NCBI GenBank assembly: GCA_028867025.1
Contig: JAGWHC010000001.1
Span: 187,695 to 251,694 of the forward strand
Source: Candidatus Micrarchaeota archaeon
Lineage (GTDB): Archaea; Micrarchaeota; Micrarchaeia; Micrarchaeales; CABMGC01
Direction of reading: 5' to 3'
Length of the DNA: 64,000 nt
Notes under the pieces: model-generated
What the model was told of the DNA's origin: nothing
What the model saw: the letters and a program-made list of their open reading frames with translations, nothing else
Database searches by the model: none
Part shown: positions 7,545 through 16,579 of the stretch, piece by piece
Position numbering within the stretch: the first letter of the stretch is position 1
Layout: each line of letters begins with the position of its first letter
Program-made: the position numbers and the translations under genes

Positions 7545-8213
7545 TTATTTTTTCTGGAGCGCGACGAAGAGGTGCATCTTCGAGTACGGCGCTATGTCTA
7601 TCTTTTCAAGAACCTTGAACTTTGCCGAAACCTCCTCAAGGAAACCTTTGAATACGAGCTCCGGCGCCCTTGTCACGTCTATGCTCTGCGATTTTATCGC
7701 CACGTAGGCGTGCGCCCCCTTCTTCAGCAGCTCTGCGTTCCTGAGCAGTATGTCAGCCTGGTCCCTCGCTGCTATGTCCTGGTAGAGCACGTCGCACGTG
7801 CCTGTATCTGCGGAGTAGGCCTCGGTGTTTCTCGCGTCCTGCAGCATGGGAAGCATGTTCTCGCGGGATTCGCAGGCTTTCAGTAGCTCGCGCATGTTGC
7901 GCTCGGATATCTCTATGCAGTACACTATGCCATCCCTGCCGACTATGTCGCTCACGTGGCTGCTCGTCGTTCCGGTGGCGGCGCCGAGATAAAGCACCTT
8001 GGAGCCCTTTCTTATCTGCAGGTCCTTCAATCCGTTGAGTATCGCTGCCGCGAGCTTGCTCCTGTACGGGTTCCACAGCCTGTACTGCTCGCCCTCGTAA
8101 TCTACGAGTTCCTCATCGTAGACCTTGTTGCCTTTTATAAGGTTCTTCGTGGCGAGCTTCCTGTCTATTTTGTAAACTCCCTCGAAAACCTGCCTTACTT
8201 CCATCAGAGCCAC
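7545..8213 (-). CDS. flpA: fibrillarin-like rRNA/tRNA 2'-O-methyltransferase
   Basis: YRLWNPYRSKLAAAI and VLYLGAATGTTSSHVSDIV motifs; length 222 aa. Confidence 0.95.
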   Translation of the reverse strand: MALMEVRQVFEGVYKIDRKLATKNLIKGNKVYDEELVDYEGEQYRLWNPYRSKLAAAILNGLKDLQIRKGSKVLYLGAATGTTSSHVSDIVGRDGIVYCIEISERNMRELLKACESRENMLPMLQDARNTEAYSADTGTCDVLYQDIAARDQADILLRNAELLKKGAHAYVAIKSQSIDVTRAPELVFKGFLEEVSAKFKVLEKIDIAPYSKMHLFVALQKK

Positions 8214-8265
8214 TAATGATAATTTATTGGGTAAGTTTAAAAAGAGTGGAATTCACAGATCAGAT

Positions 8266-8937
8266 ATGGGAAATGCGAAGGTCTGGGAAAAAGTCGCAAG
8301 CATAAGCAACGATAGGGGCGAATATTGGCCAGAGCTTGATTCTCGCGTGGCAACGTGGAATCGCGAGGAGGAAAATTTCATCAAGAGTAGTTTGAGAGAT
8401 GCAAGAAAACGGGTTTTGGATCTTGGGTGTGGAGACGGAAGGGCGCTGATGTGGCTTAAGGAAAAAGGGTTCAGAGAGCTATACGGTTTGGACATTTCAA
8501 AGACCTGCATAAGACGTGCAAAAGAAAAACTAGGAGATTCGGCTGATCTTCGCGTATGGGATTTCAAAACTGGCTTGCCGTACGAAATGAAATTTGATTA
8601 TGTACTGCTAACTGGAAACACTGTGATAAATGACCTGGAGAAACCTGCAAAACTGCTGGAAGATGTCAAAGGAGTCATGAAAGATAACGGCCTGTTGTTT
8701 ATCACTTGCTGGAATGGAGAGTTCCTGACAAAGAAATTTGTTAATTCGTATTATGGCAAATTAGGAGTGGTCAAGGTCAGAGAAGTTGACATGGATAACC
8801 GAACGATAGATGTTGGGGGAATAAAGGTAAAATGGCTCGTAGAGAAGGAGCTCAGAAAGATCATAGAAGATGCTGGACTTGAAATAGTGTCCTTGAAGAA
8901 GGCAAGTTTGGGTTTCTTGTGTGCGGTTTCGAGATAG
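8266..8937 (+). CDS. class I SAM-dependent methyltransferase
   Basis: VLDLGCGDGR motif I; ATG 8266 chosen because the TATA-like gtttaaaaag (8234..8243) lies inside the TTG-8227 extension; AT-richer than the flanks. Confidence 0.8.
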   Translation: MGNAKVWEKVASISNDRGEYWPELDSRVATWNREEENFIKSSLRDARKRVLDLGCGDGRALMWLKEKGFRELYGLDISKTCIRRAKEKLGDSADLRVWDFKTGLPYEMKFDYVLLTGNTVINDLEKPAKLLEDVKGVMKDNGLLFITCWNGEFLTKKFVNSYYGKLGVVKVREVDMDNRTIDVGGIKVKWLVEKELRKIIEDAGLEIVSLKKASLGFLCAVSR

Positions 8938-9003
8938 GCTAGCTAACCCCGTTCTGCAAGCCAAATCTATATAAATTTGGCAATGGTTTTCTATATTGCG
9001 ACC

Positions 9004-11247
9004 ATGATGCAGGAAACTGTGACAATCGAGCAGCTCATAACAGAACTCTTCGCTATGGGAAAGGAGAGCGGCAACGGCGAGGAGCTTCTTAGCAAATTCG
9101 CGGCAAGGCTGCAGTACGCAATCGGCGTGGATCAGATATCGGTCAAGGACGCCTACCAGGAGAAGTCGGAGCTGTCAGGACTTGAGGAGTTCGCGATCAA
9201 CACGGGCAAGCCCTACGTTGACAACAGGCTGAGCGGCTACTCCGCGTTCCCGGAGCTGATAAGGCACTACAACCTCGGCTTCAGGAGCTGCATGCTGCTT
9301 CCAGTGGCTATAGAGGGCAAGCCGGTGCTTGTCGCCACATTCCTGTCGAAGCAGGAGGACAGGTTCGACAACGCGCTTGTCTCGAAGCTCACGCTTGCCA
9401 CAGAACTGCTCGCATATCAGACCGTTGCGAAGGTGGAAAGGGAACGAAGCCTGAGCCTTGCGAAGTATTTCGATGCAGCGTTCAACACCTACGCGCCGCA
9501 GATGCTGATAGACAGGAACGGGGTAGTGATCAGGGCTAACAAGAGCGCGAGCGGGCTGTTCGGGAAGACACAGAGGGAGATGGTGGGCAGGAACGTGAGC
9601 GAGTTCTTCAACGTGGACGGCAACATGCTCTACTCGCTGCGCGAGGGCTCCGCAGCGGAGGTGAGGGAGAACGGTGAGCAGGGCAGGGTGTACAAGGCGA
9701 CTTGCGGCAAGATAAACGACAGGCTTTCGCATCTGCTGCTCTACGACGTCACGCAGCTCAAGGAGCTGGAGGAGAAGGTAAGGCTCTCGGAGAGGAGCAG
9801 CAACGAGGTCTTCATGCTGCTTGCCAAGGACACGACAGTGCTCTGGTCCAGCGGGAACGTGGGCAAGGTGCTGAAGCTCGGCCTGGACGAGATAGTCGGA
9901 AGGAGGCTCATGGACCTCGCATACGACGACAAGGAATTCGCCGGTGAGGTGAGCTCGTTCGGAGACACCCTGACAAGGCAGTTGCGCCTGAACATAGGCA
10001 ACGATGTCACAGTGGACACGAAGGCGGTGCTGGTGAAGAACCAGTTCGGCGGCTTCTCGTGCACCCTCTCGAGCAACAACATAGAGAAATATGTGAGCGC
10101 GATGCAGGGAGCGCTCGAGGGCCTCGTTGAGACCGCAAGCGACGCCATATTCAACATAGACGCCCTGGGCTACATAAGGTCTGTCAACTCAAGCGCTGAG
10201 AGGCTGCTCAACTACACCAACAGCGAACTGAGCGGCAGCGCGCTAGTCTCGCTTTACGCGGATGAGGAGAGCCAGCAGAAGCTCAGCTCATCGCTGTCTC
10301 TCGCAAGGAACAGTGGCGTGATAGAGCACGTGTTCGTGAACCTGCGCGCCAAGGAAGGCGACGCACCGATACCTTGCGAGCAGTCGATAAGGGGCATGGT
10401 GGACAGCGACAACGCTCTTGTTGGATACATGATAACAACGAAGGAGCTGGCGACGAAGATGAAGCTGGACCAGCTCGAGGAGGACAAGGAGGAGCTTGAC
10501 AAGAAGTTCATAGGCATGAAGGAGGAGAGCGACTACAAGAGCCAGTTCTTCCTGAACATCTCGCACGACCTCAAGACTCCGCTCACCAGCATATACGGCT
10601 ACGGCAAGGTGCTCGCCGGCAGCAGCGAGGGGATCAGCGATGAGAACAGGGGCTACGCCAGTATAATAGCAAATGAGGCCGACAGGCTCCTGCAGCTGAT
10701 AAACCAGATACTCGACGTCGCGAAGCTGGAATCGGGGAGGATCAAGCTCGACATAAAGGACGTGGACTTCAATGCGCTTCTCAAGAACCAGGCGATAGAG
10801 TCGCTGGTGGAGTTCGCGCAGAAGAAGGGGCTGGAGTTCGATGTCAGCGTTGATTACAGCGTTCCCGTGGTGCAGGCCGATCCCAACAGGCTGATACAGG
10901 TGCTCGTGAACCTGATAGGCAACGCGATAAAGTTCACCGAGCACGGAAGCATAGGGGTCAAGATCTCCAGGGCAGGCAAGAAGAGCAAGTTCGTGAAGGT
11001 CGAGGTCATCGACACCGGAAGCGGCGTAAGCAAGGAGGACACGAAGAAGCTGTTCAAGAAGTTCTTCCAGGTCCAGAGGAAGGGACTCATCATGCAGGAG
11101 GGCTCGGGCACAGGCCTAGGACTCTCGATAGCGAAGGAGATAGTGAACCTTCACGGAGGTAAAATTGGGGTGAATTCGGAAGTGGGAAAGGGAAGCACGT
11201 TCTGGTTCACGCTTCCTATATCAGGAAAGGCTAAGAAGAAGGCATAG
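9004..11247 (+). CDS. cytoplasmic sensor histidine kinase (GAF plus multiple PAS plus HisKA plus HATPase_c)
   Basis: H-box SHDLKTPLTSI, N-box NLIGNAIKFT, G-box GTGLGLSIAKEIV; TATA tatataaa at 8965..8972 favours ATG 9004 (alternatives 8977 and 8983). Confidence 0.9.
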   Translation: MMQETVTIEQLITELFAMGKESGNGEELLSKFAARLQYAIGVDQISVKDAYQEKSELSGLEEFAINTGKPYVDNRLSGYSAFPELIRHYNLGFRSCMLLPVAIEGKPVLVATFLSKQEDRFDNALVSKLTLATELLAYQTVAKVERERSLSLAKYFDAAFNTYAPQMLIDRNGVVIRANKSASGLFGKTQREMVGRNVSEFFNVDGNMLYSLREGSAAEVRENGEQGRVYKATCGKINDRLSHLLLYDVTQLKELEEKVRLSERSSNEVFMLLAKDTTVLWSSGNVGKVLKLGLDEIVGRRLMDLAYDDKEFAGEVSSFGDTLTRQLRLNIGNDVTVDTKAVLVKNQFGGFSCTLSSNNIEKYVSAMQGALEGLVETASDAIFNIDALGYIRSVNSSAERLLNYTNSELSGSALVSLYADEESQQKLSSSLSLARNSGVIEHVFVNLRAKEGDAPIPCEQSIRGMVDSDNALVGYMITTKELATKMKLDQLEEDKEELDKKFIGMKEESDYKSQFFLNISHDLKTPLTSIYGYGKVLAGSSEGISDENRGYASIIANEADRLLQLINQILDVAKLESGRIKLDIKDVDFNALLKNQAIESLVEFAQKKGLEFDVSVDYSVPVVQADPNRLIQVLVNLIGNAIKFTEHGSIGVKISRAGKKSKFVKVEVIDTGSGVSKEDTKKLFKKFFQVQRKGLIMQEGSGTGLGLSIAKEIVNLHGGKIGVNSEVGKGSTFWFTLPISGKAKKKA

Positions 11248-11265
11248 CCGCTTACTCCGCTGGAA

Positions 11266-12270
11266 CTACGGAGGCGAGATGTATGCGCCGCAGTTGTTCA
11301 GTATCTTGCTCTGGAACGCGTACGATTTGTTCAGTATTGTGTAGTTGAAGCCGGCGTAGACTCCAGTGAACGACAGGCTCTGTATGAACGATGACGAGGA
11401 GGTGTTGATTATCGCCTGCACTGCCGTGCCTGTTGTGCCGGGAGACGGCGATACCGTGGAATAGGTAAGCAGCACATTTGTCTTCGAAAGCTTGCTCTCG
11501 TTGATCTTTATGCCTGTCGGGGTCGCAAGGCTTACGTTGTAGTAGTCCACCGGAGCAGGAGGGTGCTTGCTGTAGTACTGCGTGTATGTTGCGTTGTACA
11601 CGCTCGGGGTGCAGGCCACGTCCTTGGCGTAAAGCGCCGCGTAGTTCTTCATGAGCACGCCGGTGCCGGTCTTGTTCATGAGAGTGAGCGCCTGCTGGAA
11701 CAACACAAGTGTGCTGTTCGTGGATATCGTTGTGGTTGTCGTCGAGGTGGTTGAGACCGTGGAGAGCGTAGTTATCGTTATGTTGGACGTGCCTATGTTG
11801 CTCAGGCTCGCGGGATTCAGTAGGGTTACCCCCCTGCTCGGCTTTATCCCGAGCGCGGCGGTGAGCGGGGTTATCTCGACTGTTATGCTGCTGTTGCTGC
11901 TAGATACAAGTTTTATGTTCATGTCAGCTGTGCCTGAGCCGCTGGAGCTTACGTTGAGGCTTGCCTGCGGAGAAAGCGAGAAGGACACCACCGGGCCGTA
12001 CAGCACTGGCACGCTGGTCAGGTAGAAGGACGCACTCGAGGACGATGAGGAAACGACTTTCATATCAGCGGGGCTGCCGTTATAGATCTTTATGAGCTGC
12101 GACTGGTTTGTTGAAAGGGTAAGGCTTCTTGTGGACGTTATCGTCACCACGCTGGGCAGCAGGATGCCGTAGGCTATGTATATCACTATAAGCGCAGCAA
12201 CCAGGCCTATGATCTGCCTGAGAGAGAGCCTCCAAGCTGGCAGCCTGAACTGCCTTTTCTGCATTGCCAT
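11266..12270 (-). CDS. membrane-anchored Ser/Thr-rich surface protein with many N-x-S/T sequons
   Basis: N-terminal TM helix IIGLVAALIVIYIAYGILL; a TTTTTISTNST run; more than 10 N-glycosylation sequons. Confidence 0.65.
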   Translation of the reverse strand: MAMQKRQFRLPAWRLSLRQIIGLVAALIVIYIAYGILLPSVVTITSTRSLTLSTNQSQLIKIYNGSPADMKVVSSSSSSASFYLTSVPVLYGPVVSFSLSPQASLNVSSSGSGTADMNIKLVSSSNSSITVEITPLTAALGIKPSRGVTLLNPASLSNIGTSNITITTLSTVSTTSTTTTTISTNSTLVLFQQALTLMNKTGTGVLMKNYAALYAKDVACTPSVYNATYTQYYSKHPPAPVDYYNVSLATPTGIKINESKLSKTNVLLTYSTVSPSPGTTGTAVQAIINTSSSSFIQSLSFTGVYAGFNYTILNKSYAFQSKILNNCGAYISPP

Positions 12271-12340
12271 ACGGTCACCTTTCTTCTACTCTACGCTTTT
12301 CCATAACAAACAATATTATACTTTCGTTACCCATTCAACT

Positions 12341-13555
12341 ATGCGACCAGGGAACGTCATGAAAGGTATTGAGGACGTTGAATCAGACATAATGTCCCTC
12401 GTAAATGACAAGCAGGAAGTAACTTACAACGAGCTAAAGGACTACGCTTCCTCGCTTGAGATTGACAACGACACGCTGAAACGTGCGCTCACCGAACTTG
12501 TGAAGGCGAGCGCGCTCGCATCTAGGAGCAGCGGGGGCATACCCACATACTACATGCTCCAGGAGCCGCAGCACATAAAGCGGATCTTCGTGATTGAGGA
12601 CGACCAGAACATCAACAAGCTCATGACGATAGCGCTGGGTTCGGGCTATGACGTGACGCAACTGTACGACGGCAGGGAGGCGATGGAGAAGATAAAGTTC
12701 CAGAAGCCGGACCTTGTAGTGCTTGACCTGATGCTGCCGGGGATGGACGGGCTGCAGATATGCGAATCTATAAAGAAGGACCAGGCGCTCAGGGAGACTA
12801 CGGTGATAATAGTCAGCGCGATGGACGCGACGACGAACAGGTTCAAGGGCATAAAGTACGGAGCTGATTACTACATCAAGAAGCCCTTCGACCCCGACGA
12901 GCTCCGCAGCCTGGTTACAATATTCCTGAAGAAGAAGGGCAAGAAGTTCGACCCGCTGATCGACCTTCCAAACGAGGACAGGATAAGCGACAGCATAGAG
13001 AAGTCGGTTAAGGAGGCTGACTCGGATTATGAGATAGGAAGGCTGAGAGTAGAGGGACTCGCCAGCTTCGCCAGCAAGTTCGGGAACGAGGCCGGCATAA
13101 CTATCCTGAGGCTTGCATCGCAGCTGCTGCAGGAGAAGGTGAAGGCCAGGGAGATGGAGGGAACTTTCGTCGGCTTCCTGAACGGCGACGACTTCGTCAT
13201 TGCGGGCAGCAAGAGGAACGTGGACAGGATAGTGGAGAGCATCAAATCTGAGTTCCAGGCGGTGCTGCCGTTCATCTACCAGAGCGAGGGCTACAAGCCC
13301 ATAGAGAAGGGCATAGAGGACATATACGCGGTGCAGAACCCCACGCTTGCTCTTGGCTATGCGGAGATAAAGCGCGATACGCTGATGGCGAGACGCGCCG
13401 AAGTGATCAAGGAGAAGCGCAAGGAGGAGATAGGCTCGTACACCTACGACGAGTTGAGGCGCATGCTTGGCAGCGAGAACCTTGACATAACGATAACCAG
13501 GGACACGAACGGGGTCAAGCTCTCCGTTGGAAAAAGAGCTGAGAAAGAGGAGTAG
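12341..13555 (+). CDS. response regulator: wHTH plus receiver plus degenerate GGDEF-like domain
   Basis: Receiver motifs IFVIEDD and DLVVLDLMLPGMDG; C-terminal DPLIDLPNEDR...FVGFLNGDDFVIAG follows the GGDEF-domain pattern; TATA caatattata at 12311 favours ATG 12341. Confidence 0.85.
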   Translation: MRPGNVMKGIEDVESDIMSLVNDKQEVTYNELKDYASSLEIDNDTLKRALTELVKASALASRSSGGIPTYYMLQEPQHIKRIFVIEDDQNINKLMTIALGSGYDVTQLYDGREAMEKIKFQKPDLVVLDLMLPGMDGLQICESIKKDQALRETTVIIVSAMDATTNRFKGIKYGADYYIKKPFDPDELRSLVTIFLKKKGKKFDPLIDLPNEDRISDSIEKSVKEADSDYEIGRLRVEGLASFASKFGNEAGITILRLASQLLQEKVKAREMEGTFVGFLNGDDFVIAGSKRNVDRIVESIKSEFQAVLPFIYQSEGYKPIEKGIEDIYAVQNPTLALGYAEIKRDTLMARRAEVIKEKRKEEIGSYTYDELRRMLGSENLDITITRDTNGVKLSVGKRAEKEE

Positions 13556-13563
13556 CAGGCCCG

Positions 13564-13851
13564 CTACCTTCTGCGCTTTCTTGGAATGTGTTTTGACTGG
13601 CGCCTCGCTTGCTTTCGGGCGGGTTTCTTTGGCTTGCGCGTCTTGCCCTCGCTCATCTCCGATCTCTTGTATCTCTCCGACTCGAGGAGCTCCACAACAT
13701 GCGTCTCATCTGTGGGTCTGCTCTCTCCGGCACTGTCGAGAAGCGCCTGCGTCTGGACGCCGCCGATTTTCAGCAGTTCGTTCATCCTTTGCGCTCTGAG
13801 AAGCGCGTCGAGCCTTTTGTTGCTCGAGGATCGAGCGGGTCTTTTCGCCAT
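13564..13851 (-). CDS. small protein with strongly basic C-terminal tail (95 aa)
   Basis: Only plausible frame in the gap; the palindromic TATA atatttaaat (about 13879..13890) can serve both this gene and lhr; tail KTRKPKKPARKQARRQSKHIPRKRRR. Confidence 0.5.
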   Translation of the reverse strand: MAKRPARSSSNKRLDALLRAQRMNELLKIGGVQTQALLDSAGESRPTDETHVVELLESERYKRSEMSEGKTRKPKKPARKQARRQSKHIPRKRRR

Positions 13852-13915
13852 AGAATCGAGATTAAATAGTTATGGCAGCAATATTTAAATGCTAGTCCCT
13901 CAGCCGCGTTTTACA

Positions 13916-16579
13916 ATGATAGAGTACTACAAAAAGCCGTTTAGCAGAAGCGAGAGCCTGGGTGCGCTCAACTTCTACATTCGTGACTGGTTTGAGAAAA
14001 AGTACAGGGACCCGACGCCGCCCCAGCTCTACTCGTTCAAGCTGGTGCGCGAGAAGAAGAATCTGCTCATAACTGCGCCGACGGGCAGCGGAAAGACCTT
14101 CTCCGCATTCATGACGATACTCAGCGACCTGATGGACATGGCTGAGGCGGGCAAGCTCGAGGACAAGATATACTGCGTGTACATCTCGCCGCTGCGCGCG
14201 CTCAACAACGATATCTACCGAAATCTCAACGAGCCGTTGGACGACATATACAAGAAGCTCGGAGAGAGCGTCAAGAGGATAAGCGTGGCGATAAGGACAG
14301 GGGACACGCCGCAGGCAGAGAGGCAGAAGATGCTCAGGAAGCCGCCAAACATCCTCGTCACCACTCCGGAGAGCCTTGCCATACTTCTCAACGCGCAGAA
14401 ATTCGCCGAGAACCTGAAGAGCGTCAGGTACGTGGTCATAGACGAGATACACGAACTTGCGAACAACAAGCGCGGAGTGCACCTCTCGCTGTCGCTGGAG
14501 AGGCTGACGGACCTCATTGGTTCAGATTTCACGCGAGTAGGCCTCGGAGCAACGCTGCACCCGCTCGAAACCGCAGCAGGTTTCCTTGTGGGCTACGGCG
14601 ACGACGGAAAGGAGCGCGATTGCTACATAATAGATGCCACGTGGGACAAGAAGATGGATTATCAGACAATGTGCCCGGTCAGCGACATAGTGAACGCGAG
14701 CGACAAGAAGATAGACGAATCGATATACAAGACGCTCAACAGCATAATAAAGAAGAACAGAACCACGCTCATCTTCACCAACACCAGGAGCGGCACGGAG
14801 CGCGTGGTCTACAACCTGATGCACAGGTTCAAGTATGGGGAGGAGCACGTGGCTGCGCACCACGGATCCCTGTCCAGGGAGTCGAGACTGGACGTTGAGG
14901 AGATGCTGAAGAAGGGCAAGCTCAAGTGCGTGGTGTCATCGACAAGCCTGGAGCTGGGGATAGACATCGGCACGATAGACAACGTCGTGCAGCTCGGCTC
15001 GCCAAAGAGCGTGACCCGGGCGATACAGCGAATAGGAAGGAGCGGCCACAGGTTCTCCGATATAGCGAAGGGCGAGATAGTAGCGATAAACCGCGACGAC
15101 CTTGTGGAGTGCGCGGTGATGCTCGACTCGGCGAAGAAGCGAAAGCTGGACTCGTTCACTGTGCCGAGGAACGCGCTGGACGTGCTGGCGCAGCACATAG
15201 TTGGCATGGCGCTCACGAAGAAATGGAAGATAGATGACGCATTCGCGCTAGTGAGGCGCGCCTATTCCTACCACTCGCTCGACAGGAAGGACTTCATGAT
15301 GCTCATAGAGTACCTCTCTGGAAGCTACGTCGGCCTGGAGAGCAGGCGCGTGTACGCTAAGATATGGTACGATGCGAACGAGGGCGCAATCAGCAGGCGC
15401 GGAAGGCTGACCAAGCTGATCTACTTCCTCAACATAGGCACGATACCGGACGAGGTCTCGGTGAACGTTTACGGGGAGGGCAACAGGTGGATAGGGAGCA
15501 TACAGGAGGAGTTCCTCTCGAGGCTGAAGCCCGGGGACATCTTCGTGCTGGGCGGCAGGCTGTACAGGTTCGACCACAGCAGGGAGATGAAAGCCTATGT
15601 CACAAGGGCGGAGACCAAGATACCGACGATACCTCCGTGGTTCTCGGAGCAGCTGCCGCTCACATATGAGCTCGCAATTGAGATAGGCAGGTTCAGGCGC
15701 GAGCTCGCTGATGCTGTAGGAAAGGAGCTGCGCGGAGTGAAGGGCATAGCCGCGCTCTTGAAGAAGCGCAAGTTCGCCGGAGGGAAAACCGCGGAGGAAA
15801 TACTTGACTCGATGCCGATGGACAAGAGCACGAAGAGCTCCATAGTCTCATACTTCGCAGAGCAGCTGCTCTTCGCGAAACATGTGCCCAATGATAGGCT
15901 CATGCTGATAGAGAAGACAACGGATGAGAAAGGCGAGCGGAGCTACCTCATATTCCACAGTCTCTACGGCAGGCGCGTGAACGACGCGCTCTCCAGGCTC
16001 TTCGCCATAGAGGCCAGCGACATGTTCGAGACAGATATTGGCATAATGATAAACGACAACGGATTCGTAATTGTCACCGGAGCCGAACTCAAGATGAGCA
16101 GGGATGACATATCGAAGCTCGTGTCAAACGTGACGAACAGCGATGCAGTGCGCATCATAAGGGGCAACGTGCGAAGGACGGAGATGATGAAGCGCAGGTT
16201 CAGGCATGCGGCTGTGCGCGCCTTCATGGTGCTGAGGAACTACAAGGGCAAGCAGATAAGCGTGAAGAGGCAGCAGATAAACTCCGAGCTTGTGATGAAG
16301 GCGGCGGAGGAGATAAGCCCCGATTTCCCGGTGCTGAAGGAGACATATAGGGAGATAATGGAGGACGTTATGGACCTGCCTCGCGCAAGAGAGATACTGA
16401 AGAAGTTGAAGGAGGGCGAGATCGCATACGAGATAATAGAAACTCCTTTTCCGTCGCCGTTCTCCCACGTGATGGTGACCTTCGGCGAGGCCGATGTGGT
16501 GATGATGAAGGACAGGAGAAAGCACCTGCGCGAGCTGCACAAGCACGTGATGCAGCAGATAAGCAAGAGGTATGGTTGA
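13916..16579 (+). CDS. lhr: Lhr-type large DEAD/DEAH-box helicase
   Basis: TAPTGSGKT, DEIHE, SSTSLELGIDIG and QRIGRSGHR motifs plus a long Lhr-core C-terminal region; ATG 13916 sits about 27 nt after the TATA. Confidence 0.9.
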   Translation: MIEYYKKPFSRSESLGALNFYIRDWFEKKYRDPTPPQLYSFKLVREKKNLLITAPTGSGKTFSAFMTILSDLMDMAEAGKLEDKIYCVYISPLRALNNDIYRNLNEPLDDIYKKLGESVKRISVAIRTGDTPQAERQKMLRKPPNILVTTPESLAILLNAQKFAENLKSVRYVVIDEIHELANNKRGVHLSLSLERLTDLIGSDFTRVGLGATLHPLETAAGFLVGYGDDGKERDCYIIDATWDKKMDYQTMCPVSDIVNASDKKIDESIYKTLNSIIKKNRTTLIFTNTRSGTERVVYNLMHRFKYGEEHVAAHHGSLSRESRLDVEEMLKKGKLKCVVSSTSLELGIDIGTIDNVVQLGSPKSVTRAIQRIGRSGHRFSDIAKGEIVAINRDDLVECAVMLDSAKKRKLDSFTVPRNALDVLAQHIVGMALTKKWKIDDAFALVRRAYSYHSLDRKDFMMLIEYLSGSYVGLESRRVYAKIWYDANEGAISRRGRLTKLIYFLNIGTIPDEVSVNVYGEGNRWIGSIQEEFLSRLKPGDIFVLGGRLYRFDHSREMKAYVTRAETKIPTIPPWFSEQLPLTYELAIEIGRFRRELADAVGKELRGVKGIAALLKKRKFAGGKTAEEILDSMPMDKSTKSSIVSYFAEQLLFAKHVPNDRLMLIEKTTDEKGERSYLIFHSLYGRRVNDALSRLFAIEASDMFETDIGIMINDNGFVIVTGAELKMSRDDISKLVSNVTNSDAVRIIRGNVRRTEMMKRRFRHAAVRAFMVLRNYKGKQISVKRQQINSELVMKAAEEISPDFPVLKETYREIMEDVMDLPRAREILKKLKEGEIAYEIIETPFPSPFSHVMVTFGEADVVMMKDRRKHLRELHKHVMQQISKRYG

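Larger units (their letters stand above)
5989..7545 (-). mobile_element. putative IS200/IS605-type element carrying three passenger genes instead of tnpB
   Basis: tnpA plus an AT-rich coupled cargo between two related 20-nt GC hairpins (6009..6028 and 7521..7540); exact ends not determinable from one copy. Confidence 0.45.
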
